Program-made: the position numbers and the translations under genes | Origin: Octopus bimaculoides | Lineage: Eukaryota | NCBI RefSeq assembly: GCF_001194135.2 | Contig: NC_068981.1 | Span: 38,900,196-38,964,195 of the forward strand | DNA length: 64,000 bases | Direction: 5' to 3' | The notes under the pieces: model-generated | Databases searched by the model: none | The model's input: only the letters and a program-made list of their open reading frames with translations | Told to the model about the DNA's origin: nothing | In this document: piece by piece, positions 24,920 through 37,134 of the stretch | How the letters are laid out: the number at the start of each line of letters is the position of its first letter | How positions within the stretch are numbered: position 1 is the first letter of the stretch

Positions 24920-25350
24920 TGTGTAGTATATCTAATATTGGCCAGTTATGGCACTTCTTACATAGAATACTTGTAATTCTGAACATTAAGTATGCTCTTC
25001 AAAGGTGTGCTTTCTCTTACAGATAATTTTATGTTTGAGTGAACAATCACTATTTGTATTAGGGTAAGCAAAATGTTTGTGCGTTTTGTGTAAAGTGTAG
25101 TGGTGTAAGTGTTGTCAAGATCTTTGAGTTCATAATAACTCTAAATTATAGTTGAATCGAAGTATTGTATTATTTCATAATAGCCTCTGGAAGTTGTATA
25201 ATTATTTCATATCTTGGACAAATACATCTATATCTTCAGCATATCAGTAGCATATTGATGAAGTTGCATTCTACCAAATTAGAACTATATTTTGCATGCT
25301 ACATAGGTAAAAGCTTGTGATGGTGGCTCCAAATATTTACTGTTCAATAC
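24920..25350 (-). mobile_element. Decayed Penelope-like reverse transcriptase fragment, copy 2
   Basis: SFYLCSMQNIVLIW, YFDSTII and NTYTTTLYTKRTN; aligns by eye with 23950-24390. Confidence 0.5.
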
Positions 25351-26509
25351 AACATTTATATGTATAAAAAACAGAAAGTAAGGTTTATAATTTCAATTCC
25401 TTTACACGTTTTCCAGTTAAGGTCACACAATATACATTAGTGTAATTAGCCATTAGTAAGTGTATGCATGGATAATAACTATAGTTATTTATCTCCTGGT
25501 CATCCCTGATCTAGGAAACTTATGACCCTTACTATTAATTACTCAGTTGTCATTGACACCCTCACTTACTCATGCTAACAGGATCACACTACTCCTTTGA
25601 GTGAATACTCTGCTCTCCAATGTTTCAAGTGGTAGCCTTGTGCTTTTATGGATCTGGGAGCCCACATTTTGGGGAGTCCACATTTTAGTAAGTCTACCTC
25701 ATGGTTTGATGTCTGAGAAGTCTTGGTAAAATGCCTGATCTGTTCTGTCATTGGTTGGTTTTCTTATTACATCGTCAAGCTATTTCTGTCTCCACTTTCT
25801 TATCAACTTTATATTGTGATATGAACATGATTTTGAAAACTTGCAAGCTCAAAACATTTTAGAAATATAGTAGTTATAATAAAGGTTGAATCTAGACTAC
25901 TCTAAATATCACTATAATATTCAATATTGACAACTACTCTTGTACTGGCATCTGTAACCATTATATATTATGATGCAATCTTTTATGACTGCATTATATA
26001 AAAATTGAAGAGGAACAGCTGTCATAAATCTTAAATACTATTTGTATTTACTTTTAATATATACACACACACACATGTACGCATGCACACACACATACTC
26101 ACACACATATATATTTGTGTGTGTGTGTGTGTGTGTGTGTGGCGTCGATGGCCAGTCATATGTGTCTGCTGTTGCCCTGTGGCAGGTGGCAAAAATGAGT
26201 GTTTTCCAAGCAAAACAGTTTTTGATCCAACGTCCATGCACAGAGACACTGCAAGAAGGACACTGCTGTGGGATTGAGCCAGTAAGCTGGATTCATCACC
26301 ACCACGTGCTGCAGAGGGAGAAGCAGATATATATGTGTATATGTGTGTGTGTTTATATATATATATATATATGAAAACTACAACACAAGGATGGAAGATA
26401 TCAGGCTTTAACTGTAGATCATATTTTTCAGCAACAACCATGTGTGGGTTCCTCATTAAGTATTCCACATCATGCTGTGCCCATACACAGCTGTTGCTGA
26501 AAAATATTC

Positions 26510-26897
26510 CATGGCTGTGTGGTAAGAAGCTTGTTTCTCAACTGCATGCTTCCAGTTTCAGTCCCACTGCATGGCAACTTGGATAAGTGGCTTCTACTAT
26601 AGCGTCAAAGCAACCAAAGCCTTGTGAATGGACTTGGTAGACAGAGACTGAAAGAAGACAATTGTAATCGATATCGATGTGTGTGTATCTTTGTGTTTAT
26701 GCCTGCCATCACAACATTACAACTGGTGTTGGTGTGTTTACATCTCTGTAAGTTAGCAGTTTTGCAAATGTGACCAATAGAATAAATACTAGGTTTAAAA
26801 AAACATAAGTCCTAGGGTCGATTTGTTCAATGAATATCCTTCAAGGTGGTGCTCCAGCATAGCCACAGTCAGATGATTGAAACAAATAAAAGAATAG
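26510..26897 (+). mobile_element. Full-length tRNA-derived SINE A
   Basis: A-box-like tggctgtgtgg, B-box-like gtttcagtcc, CORE-like cttggataag, (TG)n middle, aaataaaaga tail. Confidence 0.9.
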
Positions 26898-29291
26898 AAC
26901 ACTATATAACAGTTATAAAAAATAAACTTGTATAATGGTATTTGAATATAAGCTCAGCAACTTAAGCCTGGCATGTGGTATAGAAACAAATGTGATCTGC
27001 TATTAAGGCTTGATATCTTCCATACTCATATTATATTATTCTTATATTAAATCTTATGTATAGAAGAGTTCCATATGTGTATGCAGTTCTGGAAAGTATC
27101 CTTCTGCAGAATAACATGTGATAGCCAAATAATGGCATATGAACTCTTAAATGCATGTTATGAGGTTTTTACCTTAATTATACTAAATGCAAAGGTACAT
27201 ACACACACAACCCACACAACATATACACTTACATATATATAAGCACACAAAGATAGGGAGGAGAGAAGAAGAGGAAGAATTATGTATTCAGTCAAAATTA
27301 ATTACAATTATAGTTGCAATCTCTTGACAGACACTTCTTTTCATTCAGCTTGTTTATCTCCTAAAGTATGTTTTTATTGTAGAGTGCTTCACTTCCCTAT
27401 ACCTCTGTTTTAATGTGTTAACCAATTATCTTTATACCAACTTAGAAACAAATGGCATAGTGAGTATATAAATTTATATTTCATATGCATCTATTTGAGA
27501 GTGCATATCTATGCATTTCTTTCAATATTTCTGTATCTGTTTAGTTACCTAATATCATAATTTTCATTTGGCTTCCATATTGTTAATAAAAAAAATATGA
27601 ACTGCGAATTACAACTTTACAATTACTATCTGAAATTGGTTTACATGAATTTAATATTATTGAAACTAAAGTAAGAAGAGAATTGTCCTAGAATTATTGA
27701 TAATTTTATTGCACCTATGATAATCTATTTTCATTGTCTTAGTCAAACCAACGCATTTCAAGAATAATTTCCTCTCAATTTTTAATTGTATTGTAGTTTT
27801 TCTTAATCCTACATATCTTGCTGCAACATCTTTTTTAATTACCACACTGTTTCCAACTTCCTTAATACAAGAAGTAAAACAAAAAACAGAAAAAGACATA
27901 TGAAAACTGTAAAATAATAAAAATAAAATAAAAATATTGTTATTCACACTTTCCTGATTACACCTCTGTATTTTGGGGAAAATTCTTTATAAATTATTCT
28001 AAGCATTTCTTTTTCTTTTTGGATTTCTTTGTTTTTTGCTTTGCTTTCTTATATTTGCTTCTTTCTGTATTGGATAGTATATTAGATTATTATTCAATGA
28101 AAGAATTCCCACATAAATTCTTTCTTGCCTATGTATGGCTTGCATTCATTTATTTATTTAAAATTATCAACAAAACTTGTAATATTTATGCATGTTTCTA
28201 GTATCTAGTTTTCAATTTCAGAAGGACTTGTGAAATTAATCTTATGTCTATGTGGTATTAAATATATAAAAAAGAAGAAAATATCCAAGTAAATATTAAT
28301 GGTATCACACTGAATAATATATTACATCAATGTTAATAAACAAAATAGAATATGAAACAAAAACACTACAAAATAGAAATTTGTGAATCATCAGGAAAAA
28401 CAATTCAATGCTCCAGACTATTTATTATTCAATGTTCTTAATAAACTGTGTTTTCATGCTGTTGCTTACAATGTGTATATAACACATATTCAATAAAGAG
28501 AGAGAGCAAGTGAAACAGAAAGACAGAGATAGAGAGAGAGATTCGTTTTTTTTTTTATTGTTTCCAAAGAAGGCTGATTTATGTAGTGAAAGTTTTGTGT
28601 AATTTAGCAAGAATTTGCCTGTTGTGAGAGGTAAATATTTCTACACTTAGAAATGAAATAAAATTCTGTTCTCGAATGGGAGACTTGTTCTTGGATGTTC
28701 AACAAAAAAGAAAGATGGAATGTTTCTCAAAACTTGTTCTCATATTATTTTTTTATTATTTTTTATTATTTTATTACTTTTTCCTATTGTTTATTGTTTC
28801 ATGCCAGCATGGTTTGGATTTTCTATGATCTGTTGGAAAAGATAATTTATAAAGCAAAGTATAGAAGGTGTTTATTTTCAGCAACATTGGCTGTTGTGCT
28901 TGATTAAATGCATGGCTTTGACTTAAATTCATGTATTCCAGTGACCTCAACATCCAGACACTATTTTGTTAGAATTATTGAAATTATTTATATAAACCAC
29001 TGAAAAAGTGCTTTAAAGAAAACCTTTCTATTCTTCTAAAATTACTGAACCAGCAGCCTTATCAGCCAACTAAACAAAAAGATGCTCAGAATTTTCTTCA
29101 ACAAACAGTTATGAGAAATTAGAATGCACTTTTGCATACCCTTTTACAAAAGTGTATTCTTTGAATTAAAATGGTAGCACACAACAATGTACTGGAATAA
29201 AGCATTTTGAATGAATCTGATTTGGAAAGTTTAAATGTCAATTTACAAAAATAACAGTCAGTTTTCACGTAAATCTGAAGTCATACATATG

Positions 29292-29669
29292 TAGGGTGCA
29301 GTGAATAAACTGTCGTTTGAATTATGCCAAAATGAAAATAACACTGCCATCTCATTTTAACATATATTTACCAAAATTATATAAAAATATATTGAAATAC
29401 TAAAGAGTAAATTCATCCAATAAAATCGCCATTGACTTTAACCATGACTTCCAGATGACATCGGAATTTCCTGCAACTCTTTTGGATGGTCTCCTTGTTT
29501 AAGTTGGTGAATGCTGCCATAATTGTTGCCTTCAGTTCATCTTTGGTGCTACAAAGAGTTTTGTTGGTCTCTCACACAACTGCACCCCACACATAATAAT
29601 CAAGGGAGTTGCAGTCTGGAGAGTTAGGTGGCCATATGTTAGGGGTGATGTTGTCGCAGAAATTTTCTG
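29292..29669 (-). mobile_element. 3' fragment of the DD37D (maT) family, inverted relative to 16469-17743
   Basis: Reverse complement matches 17390-17743; encodes NFCDNITPNIWPPNSPDCNSLDYYVWGAV. Confidence 0.9.
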
Positions 29670-30755
29670 AAAGGAATTAATTACTCAGTTCATAAGTGGA
29701 ATATTTGTGGTGATTTAAAAGTGCTTTCCCTCCTCCCGGGACTGTAGCTGGAATATACCAAATATATGTGCTTCCTGTGTGTTTGGAACAGCTGCAACAA
29801 CAATCATTACCCTGTAAAAGACTGGCCTAAAAGAGATGAGTGCATAGTTGGTTAGTACAATGTGCAGCATATGCCGCAGGTAGATCCACAAAAGATCTTC
29901 CTTCCACCCCTTCACATCAAACTCGGCCTCATTAAAAACTTTGTAAAAGCAATGTCACACGATGGTTGAGGCTTCCAGTAAAATTTGGTGTAGAGAAAAG
30001 TGATGCAAAACTAAAAGCAAACATTTTCATTGGACCCAAGATCAAAGAATTGATGTCTGATAGCAAATTCAGAAGTAAACTGAATCCAGTTGAGCTGACA
30101 GCATGGGATTCATTCGTGTTAGTTGTACAAAACTTGCTTGGAAATCATAGAGCTGAAAACTATGCTGATTTAATAAACAACATGCTACCAGCATATGAAA
30201 GAATGGGATGCTGAATGTCCCTTAAAATGCACTTCTGGCATTCTCATCTCGATATTTTTCCAATGAATCTTGGTGCCATTAGTGATGAGCATGGTGAGAG
30301 GTTCCACCAGGACATATCTGAGAACGGAAACGAGGTATGAAGGCTTATTCAATCCACACATGATGGGTGACTACTGCTGGTTCCTACAACGGAAGACCAG
30401 CAATGCATAAGCGCAAGAGCAAGTGTCTCAAACATTTCTGAGCTGAACATAGCTAAAATAAAGTGAGTATTTCCTTAACATAAATATACTATGTACCATT
30501 ATATTATAATAGTATTTGCCTTGAGCATAAATATACTATATACAGTGCTGATTTCCTATTATAATTATTATTTACCTTGAGCTTAACTATTCCTGTTACT
30601 TATATAGTATTATTAAATAATTATGCACATAACTAGAAATCTTGATATGCTACAGCAATTCTGAGTTCAAATTCAGAATCAGCATACTCGATTTAGTTTA
30701 GTACAGCACCATTTGTCTGGGTAGCAGATGCTAAATTTGTTTTTGTTGGCCAGTG
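29670..30755 (+). mobile_element. 5'-truncated RAG1/Transib-like DNA transposon (probably Chapaev-3 group), pseudogenised transposase
   Basis: Motifs WNICGDLKV, YTKYMCFLCVW, LPPLHIKLGLIKNFVKA, MSLKMHFWHSH and SDEHGERFHQDI; ends ...ttggcCAGTG before TAA. Family name is from recall. Confidence 0.75.
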
Positions 30756-30842
30756 TAATTTGTTTTGAAATTACAAATCATCAATATTAAAAGTCTGCAT
30801 CTTGGAATGATGTTGTGTAAAAGATAGACCACGAAGCTGTAA

Positions 30843-31087
30843 CCCTTTTGTTACCACAATTCTGTTGAAATATACTGAATTTGAAAATAATAAAGAATTT
30901 TGCAAAATGACTTTGTCATTATTAAACTTTGATATGGTTGTGTGGTAAGAAGCTTGCTTCTCAATCATATAGTTCCAGGTTCAATCCCACTGCATGGCAC
31001 CTTAGACAAATGTCTTTTACTATAGCCTCTGGCTGACTAAAGTCTTGTGAGTGAATTTGGTAGACAGAAACTGAAGGAAACTGGTTG

Positions 31088-31118
<31 letters not shown>

Positions 31119-31410
31119 CCTTTTTTTTTATCCCCCACTATCAATTGACAACCAGTGTTGGTGTTTCACATCCCCATAACTTAGTGGTTCAGCAAAAGAG
31201 ACTGATAAAATGAGTAACAGGTTTAAAGAAACTGGAGTTGATTCAGCTGACTAAAAGTTCTTCAAGGTGATGCCCCAGCATGGCCACAGTCATGACTGAA
31301 ACAAGAAAGAGATAAAAGATGAAATTTTGATGGTACATTTTAATTTAGATTACATTAAAACATATATCTTAGAACGAGGGTTAGTCTGAGGCAGGTTGAT
31401 GTGAGAAGGG
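30843..31410. mobile_element. piggyBac-like MITE interrupted by SINE A
   Basis: gtaa|CCCTT...AAGGG|ttaa termini. Confidence 0.6.
30934..31320 (+). mobile_element. Full-length SINE A
   Basis: atggttgtgtggtaagaagc...ggttcaatcccactgcatggcacc...gactgaaacaagaaagagataaaaga. Confidence 0.9.
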
Positions 31411-32109
31411 TTAAATGACTTGGATTCAACTTGTGAAACCTCTCATTACCAAACATTACATTGTAAGAAATAGTTGAAGTCAATTACAGACATAATGACT
31501 ATGTACTGAACAGAATAAATAAAAGCTTGGACAGTTTAAAATTCCTTTCTTTAGCTCCATTGTAAATGAGAGAAAACAAAGGAAGGCCATGATTAGTGTA
31601 ATACCAGTTTCACTCTTCTAATATTTAATGGATAAATACTTAATGACAATTAAGAAGATATTTATTATAGGTGGCTATTCATGCCTAATGTCGATCATAC
31701 AAAGTTCAAGTGATTGCTAAACCTATATTTCATTTAAAAGAATGGCTGGTAGGAGGGGCTTACACAAGTTCACCTTCTATATCAAAAACAAATAGCTATA
31801 TTCATACTAACATAATGCTGTGAGTAAAGAAAGGCAGTTTATAATTAATTAAATTTATGCTAATTCTAGGTGCATAAAGCCATGCAGATGTTACAGTGTA
31901 GTTAAGACATTCACTTTGAAATCACATTGTTAAGGGTTCAGTTCCATTGCATGGTTTCTGTCAACTGGTGCCTTCTTCTATGGACATGAGTTGACCAATA
32001 ACTTTTGAGTGAAATTTGGCAGAGAGAAACTAGAAGGAAATCACCATTTGTGTGTGTGTGTGTGTATGTATAAATAGATATAGGTACACACATACACACA
32101 CATATATCA

Positions 32110-32970
32110 TTAACATCATCATCATTTAACATCTGTGTTCCATGCAGGCATAGGTTGGATGGTTTGACTGAAAACTGATAAACTGGCATGGTTTCTACAG
32201 CTGGCTGCCCTTCCCAACACCAACCACTTCGAGAAAGTAGTTGATGCTTTTTACATGCCACTGGCATGGGTGCCAGTTATGAAACACCAGCATAGGTGAC
32301 AACTATGATCTCACTTGGCTTGACAGGTTTTCTCAAGCATGGTATATCACCAATGGTCTTGGTCACTCATCTCAGTGAGGCCCAAAGTTCAAAGGGTGCT
32401 TTTTACATACGACCAGCATGGTTGCCAGGTATGCAACACTGGAATCACATCGTCCACAATGATGATTTCACTTGGCTTGATGGGTCCTCTCAAGCATGGC
32501 ATATCACCAAAGGTCTCAGCCACGTGTCATTGCTTCTATGATGCCCAACATTCGAAGATCATGCTTCATTACCTTGACCCATATCTTTCTGGATCTACCT
32601 CTTCCACTGGTTCTCTCCACAGTTAGGGATCGGCACTTCTTCACACAGTGACCCTCATCCACATGCACTGTCATACATGCACACTGACATTGCACACCCA
32701 GCGAAGCACATTAGCTTCATTTCTTTCAAGACTTTACATGTCCTTAGCGGTCACAGCCCATATTTCATTGTCACGTAGTATGGTTGTTTATTCATAGACA
32801 TCATACAATCTGCCTTTCACTCTGAGGGAGAGATCCTATGTTACCAACAGAGGCAGGAGCTCTCTGAACTTTGCCCATCCTATTCTTATTCTCACAGCTA
32901 TACTCTCAGAGCATCTACCTCCACTACTGATTTGGTCACCTAGGTAATGGAAGCTATCAACTACTCCCAG
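32110..32970 (-). mobile_element. RTE LINE 3' portion (ORF2 C-terminus, 3' UTR, (GAT)n tail)
   Basis: Minus translation VVDSFHYLGDQISSGGRCSES...WAKFRELLPLL; homologous to 37400-38650. Confidence 0.85.
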
Positions 32971-33084
32971 TTTATATATATATAAGGATAAAATCTATAT
33001 AAGATTTATCAAGTAGCCAACATGGGAAACCAATTAAGGAAAAAATTAATACAAAGTAGATGATTTGTTTTCTTTAAATATAAA

Positions 33085-33511
33085 ATACATTATTATATCA
33101 AAGCCTATTACTATAAGTAATGCCTCACACTGTAATGGGACTCTAAAGTCAAACTACTTCAATAAATATACACAGGCATAGAAATCGGTGGGGTGAACAT
33201 GAAAGAATTTCCTATAAAAGTGGTTTAGTCATACATCATTAATGATTTCATGGTTAGCATGTATAACATGCTTTCCAATCATCAGTACAGCTTAATCAGA
33301 AAATATAAATATGAACATCTCTACATACCAAGCAAACAACAATGCAGCCAGCATTAATGATATACAACTAAACTTATTTTAAAGGAAATTCTTTTATGTT
33401 CATTCCCCCAATTTCGGTACCTGTGTATATTTACTGAAGTAGTTTGACTTTAGAGTCCCATTACAGCATGAGGCGTTACTTATAGTAATAGCCCTCAATA
33501 TAATAATGTAT
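33085..33511. mobile_element. 427-bp MITE-like element with ~129-bp inverted arms
   Basis: 33085-33213 against the reverse complement of 33383-33511; both contain ctgtaatgggactctaaagtcaaactacttca exactly. Confidence 0.85.
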
Positions 33512-33559
33512 GTATATATATATATATGTATATATTTTTATACAAAGAGAAAATATAGA

Positions 33560-33905
33560 TGAAGGTGCATGGCTCAGCGGTTAGAGTGTCAGACTCACAA
33601 TCATGATGTAGTGAGTTCAGTTCTCAAACTAGGCTGTATGTTGTTGTGTTCTTGATCCAGACACTTTAATTCATGTTGCTCCAACTCACCTGGCTGTAGA
33701 AGTGAGGTGCAGTGTCACTAGTGCCAAACTGTAGCACCCTTTGTCTTTCCCTTGAATAACACTAGTGGCACGAAGAAGGGAGGCTGGTATGCATGGGTAA
33801 CTGCTGGTCTTTCATAAACAGGCTTGCCCAGACTTGTGCCTCGGAGGGAAACTTTCTAGGTGCAATCCCATTGACATTCATGACCGATAGGGATCTTTTC
33901 CCTTT
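33560..33905 (+). mobile_element. tRNA-derived SINE D
   Basis: A-box tggctcagcgg, anticodon-like loop CT-CAC-AA, B-box-like gagttcagttc, CORE-like gtgttcttgatccagacac. Confidence 0.85.
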
Positions 33906-34726
33906 TTATCTAGTAAATAGGCAGGGTTAATATCTAAACTCTATTCTCAGAAAGCATTTCTGCAAATACCAGTTACCAAATGTATATCCATACATGGTTT
34001 ATCATTAAGAAGCAAAATATCAATGCAGGCTGAAATTCTTGGACAAGTATATATGATGCGGTATATGAATATAGTTAAATCAAAGACTGGGTTTATGGTA
34101 TTTTCTTTAATTAAAGATAATGCTATAAATTCCAGTCTTTGATTTAATATAGATATGCATGTACATATATATGTATGATACATGTATACACATGCATACA
34201 TACATACTCACACATATATCATAGTATACTATATACTATGTATAATAAATATATACATATAACAACTATATATAACCTTTTACCAACATTTTATATACAT
34301 TTCATACAGTCCAATAAATGTTCAAACAGATGCTTGTAATAAACCAATATGCTAATACCTTCACAGCCTTAGAATCTTTATTGCAGACTATTTTTGAGAA
34401 TGTATCTGCCTACTCATTTCTCATAAAAAGTTTTCTGATTAATTATTTTCCAATACAGCATTACCATTAATCAATTTTCATTAGTATTGTTTCTGCTGGT
34501 AATAGATTTTTTTAACATGTTGCTTGCATATGCTGATTAGGAAGTACTAGTTTGTTTTCAACAGTTTTAAGCCTTAAATTCGTTGTTAATACTTCTATAA
34601 AGAATAGACTTTGAGATTAAATAAATTTGTTGCTTTGGTACTTCTGTTAGATTACTGGCTTACTTATCAATCTTATTAGCAACTCAGCTAGTTTGAATAT
34701 AAACCTAATTTTTAGTTTTAGTTTTA

Positions 34727-35031
34727 CCCTTTAGCATTCAGATTACTTTGTCAAATATAATGCTTATTTATTCACATAGTTTTTATGAATTAACTATGCA
34801 TAATCTCATAAATTTGAGATTTTGATGATGTGATTGTTAATCTTTAGAATGACATTGTTGAGTAGATGTGAGGGGCTGGATTTGGCCAGTTTAACATTTA
34901 GCCCACTGTAGGTGCATCATGTAATCATATGAGTTTTCTCCCATGTAGTAACAGGACAGTTACAGGGGAAACAATCTTAGAGAAAAGGCAGAATATTTGG
35001 ACCAGTTATGGCTAGTTTAAATGCTAAAGGG
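34727..35031. mobile_element. piggyBac-like MITE
   Basis: ttta|CCCTTTAGCATT...AATGCTAAAGGG|ttaa: 12-bp perfect TIR with TTAA-type flanks. Confidence 0.75.
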
Positions 35032-35539
35032 TTAATATTCCATGAATGTTGTATAAAACATACAATTCAATGTAGAATAATTTTATGTGACAAATATTGA
35101 ATCCCATAAATAGCAGATATTATTTTACTCATGACCGTATAAGCATTGATATATTTAGTTCTTCACAAATTGTGTTTGAAAGATGCAAGATTTTCAACTT
35201 GAATATTTCTCTAAAGGAATCTCTAACTTGATCATATTAATCTTTGTGTTTTCATGACAAAAATAAAAAAAAGAAAAAGGAAAAAAGAAAGAAAACCAAC
35301 TAATAAAGCATCATTTCTAGTTGAAGTAACTCATCTCTAGTATAATCAGTCAGTGGTATATAATTTATATTTACAAATTTCAAATAGAATTTCCAATCTA
35401 AATAGTCAACAAATGTTTCTTTTTCTAAATTGGATTGAAATGATACTGATATTGAAGAAGTGAAATTTATTAGTTTAAATCTAATAAAAGTTGCTATTTT
35501 GTCATAAAATATATCACTGCTATCTACTGACCTAGATTT

Positions 35540-35684
35540 GTACATATATATGTGTATTATGTGCATGTGTGAGTATATATAGATAAGTATATACATATAC
35601 ACGTACATACATACATATGTATATATATATATATATATATAAACACATATCTATATATATACATACATACATAACGTATGTATG

Positions 35685-35743
<59 letters not shown>

Positions 35744-35825
35744 GTGTGTGTGTGTATGTATGTATGTATGTACACACACACACAACCCCCCCCACACACA
35801 CACACACACAAACATGCATACATCA
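35540..35825. repeat. Compound (TA)n/(TATG)n/(CA)n microsatellite
   Basis: Directly visible. Confidence 0.95.
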
Positions 35826-37134
35826 TGGCTGAAACTCACTTTCAAGAGATGCCATTATTTGCTTGTTCTCTTTAACATGAGCAGCACAAACATGATGATG
35901 GCAGGTGCCTCTTGCAGTAAGTGTTGGGAGAACCTATCACCCATGCTGACACATACTTTATTCTAAAATGGCATTTTCATTAAGTGTTTGCTTTTTTTTT
36001 TCTTGCCTACACCCAGCCATAATAAACAACATATAATACACAACAAAGATGCTAGAAAATCAAGTGATGCTTGTGCTTTAAGCTTTTTCAAGAGAGGGAA
36101 GTCTTGCACAGTGCCACTTCTACTCTCTGGACAATGTATGCTATTGCTATAGAAAAGTTAGTCTACATCAGGCAAGCCAAATGAAATCACAGATGTTGTA
36201 TCACAGTTTTCCTTCTCCTAAAGAGATGGCTAAAACAAACACTAGGTGTCTCTTACTTCCAGCTGTTGGATGGCTATTGGCTCTACTGAGTTCATCTGCC
36301 CTTTTACAGGTTTTGTCCTCATTTTTGCCCTGCAGGGTTCCCAACAAAAACTATCCTCTTTACCATGCAGATTTGTTAAGGTTGCTATTTTAGTCACTGC
36401 CAGTTCAATCATATGACAAGTTGTACAGGGTTACATGTTACTAGTAGTATATCCATTACCAGTATACATACATATGTGATAACATATGCATACATACATA
36501 GGCACTCACCCACACATATACACTTTACTTGTTTCAGTTATTAGAGTGCAGCCATGCTAGGGCACTTCCTTGAAGGGCTTTAGTTGAATGAATCAACCCT
36601 AGTATGTGTTTTACTTTAAATCCTGATATTTGTCAGGAAAAATAGTAAGATAAGTGTTTGAGAGAAAGAAAAGTAATTTCAAGAAATTATGAGTAATTTC
36701 TTTTCTTGATTAACATGCTTTGGAACAAAGGAGAATTTGATAAGTGTTTCAGAAGTGAGATACAGCCATAGACATATTTCAGCTCTTGTGTAGCTTCATC
36801 AGCATACTAAAGTCATACAGATATAATAAACAGACATTCAGCATATACAGGAAGAGTTTAGCTGATACTTGGCCAAACGTAATATGCATAATTAAATTTA
36901 AAGCACAAAGATAAAATTACTCAAAATATTGTGAACTTGGATATCAAAACCAACATGTACTGAATATGATGTGTGATAAATTATTAATTTATAAAAGCTT
37001 TTGGCATGGACAGGGAAAGTAAATAAATAACTTGTAGCAAATGTGTTGAGTTCTAGAACTGTTTATTCACCAAGTTAATAAATAGCTTTGAAAGTAAGCT
37101 GTTAGCAGACCTAATGAATAGTATGTATAAGATT

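Noticed and set aside
24920-25350. C-type lectin-like reading (W...C...DCSLKHKIICK)
   Set aside because: That frame has many stops; another frame fits Penelope RT motifs in both paralogous copies.
31741-31819. Candidate plus-strand exon WLVGGAYTSSPSISKTNSYIHTNIM
   Set aside because: Weak acceptor, phase incompatible with the nearest candidate exon, no homology.
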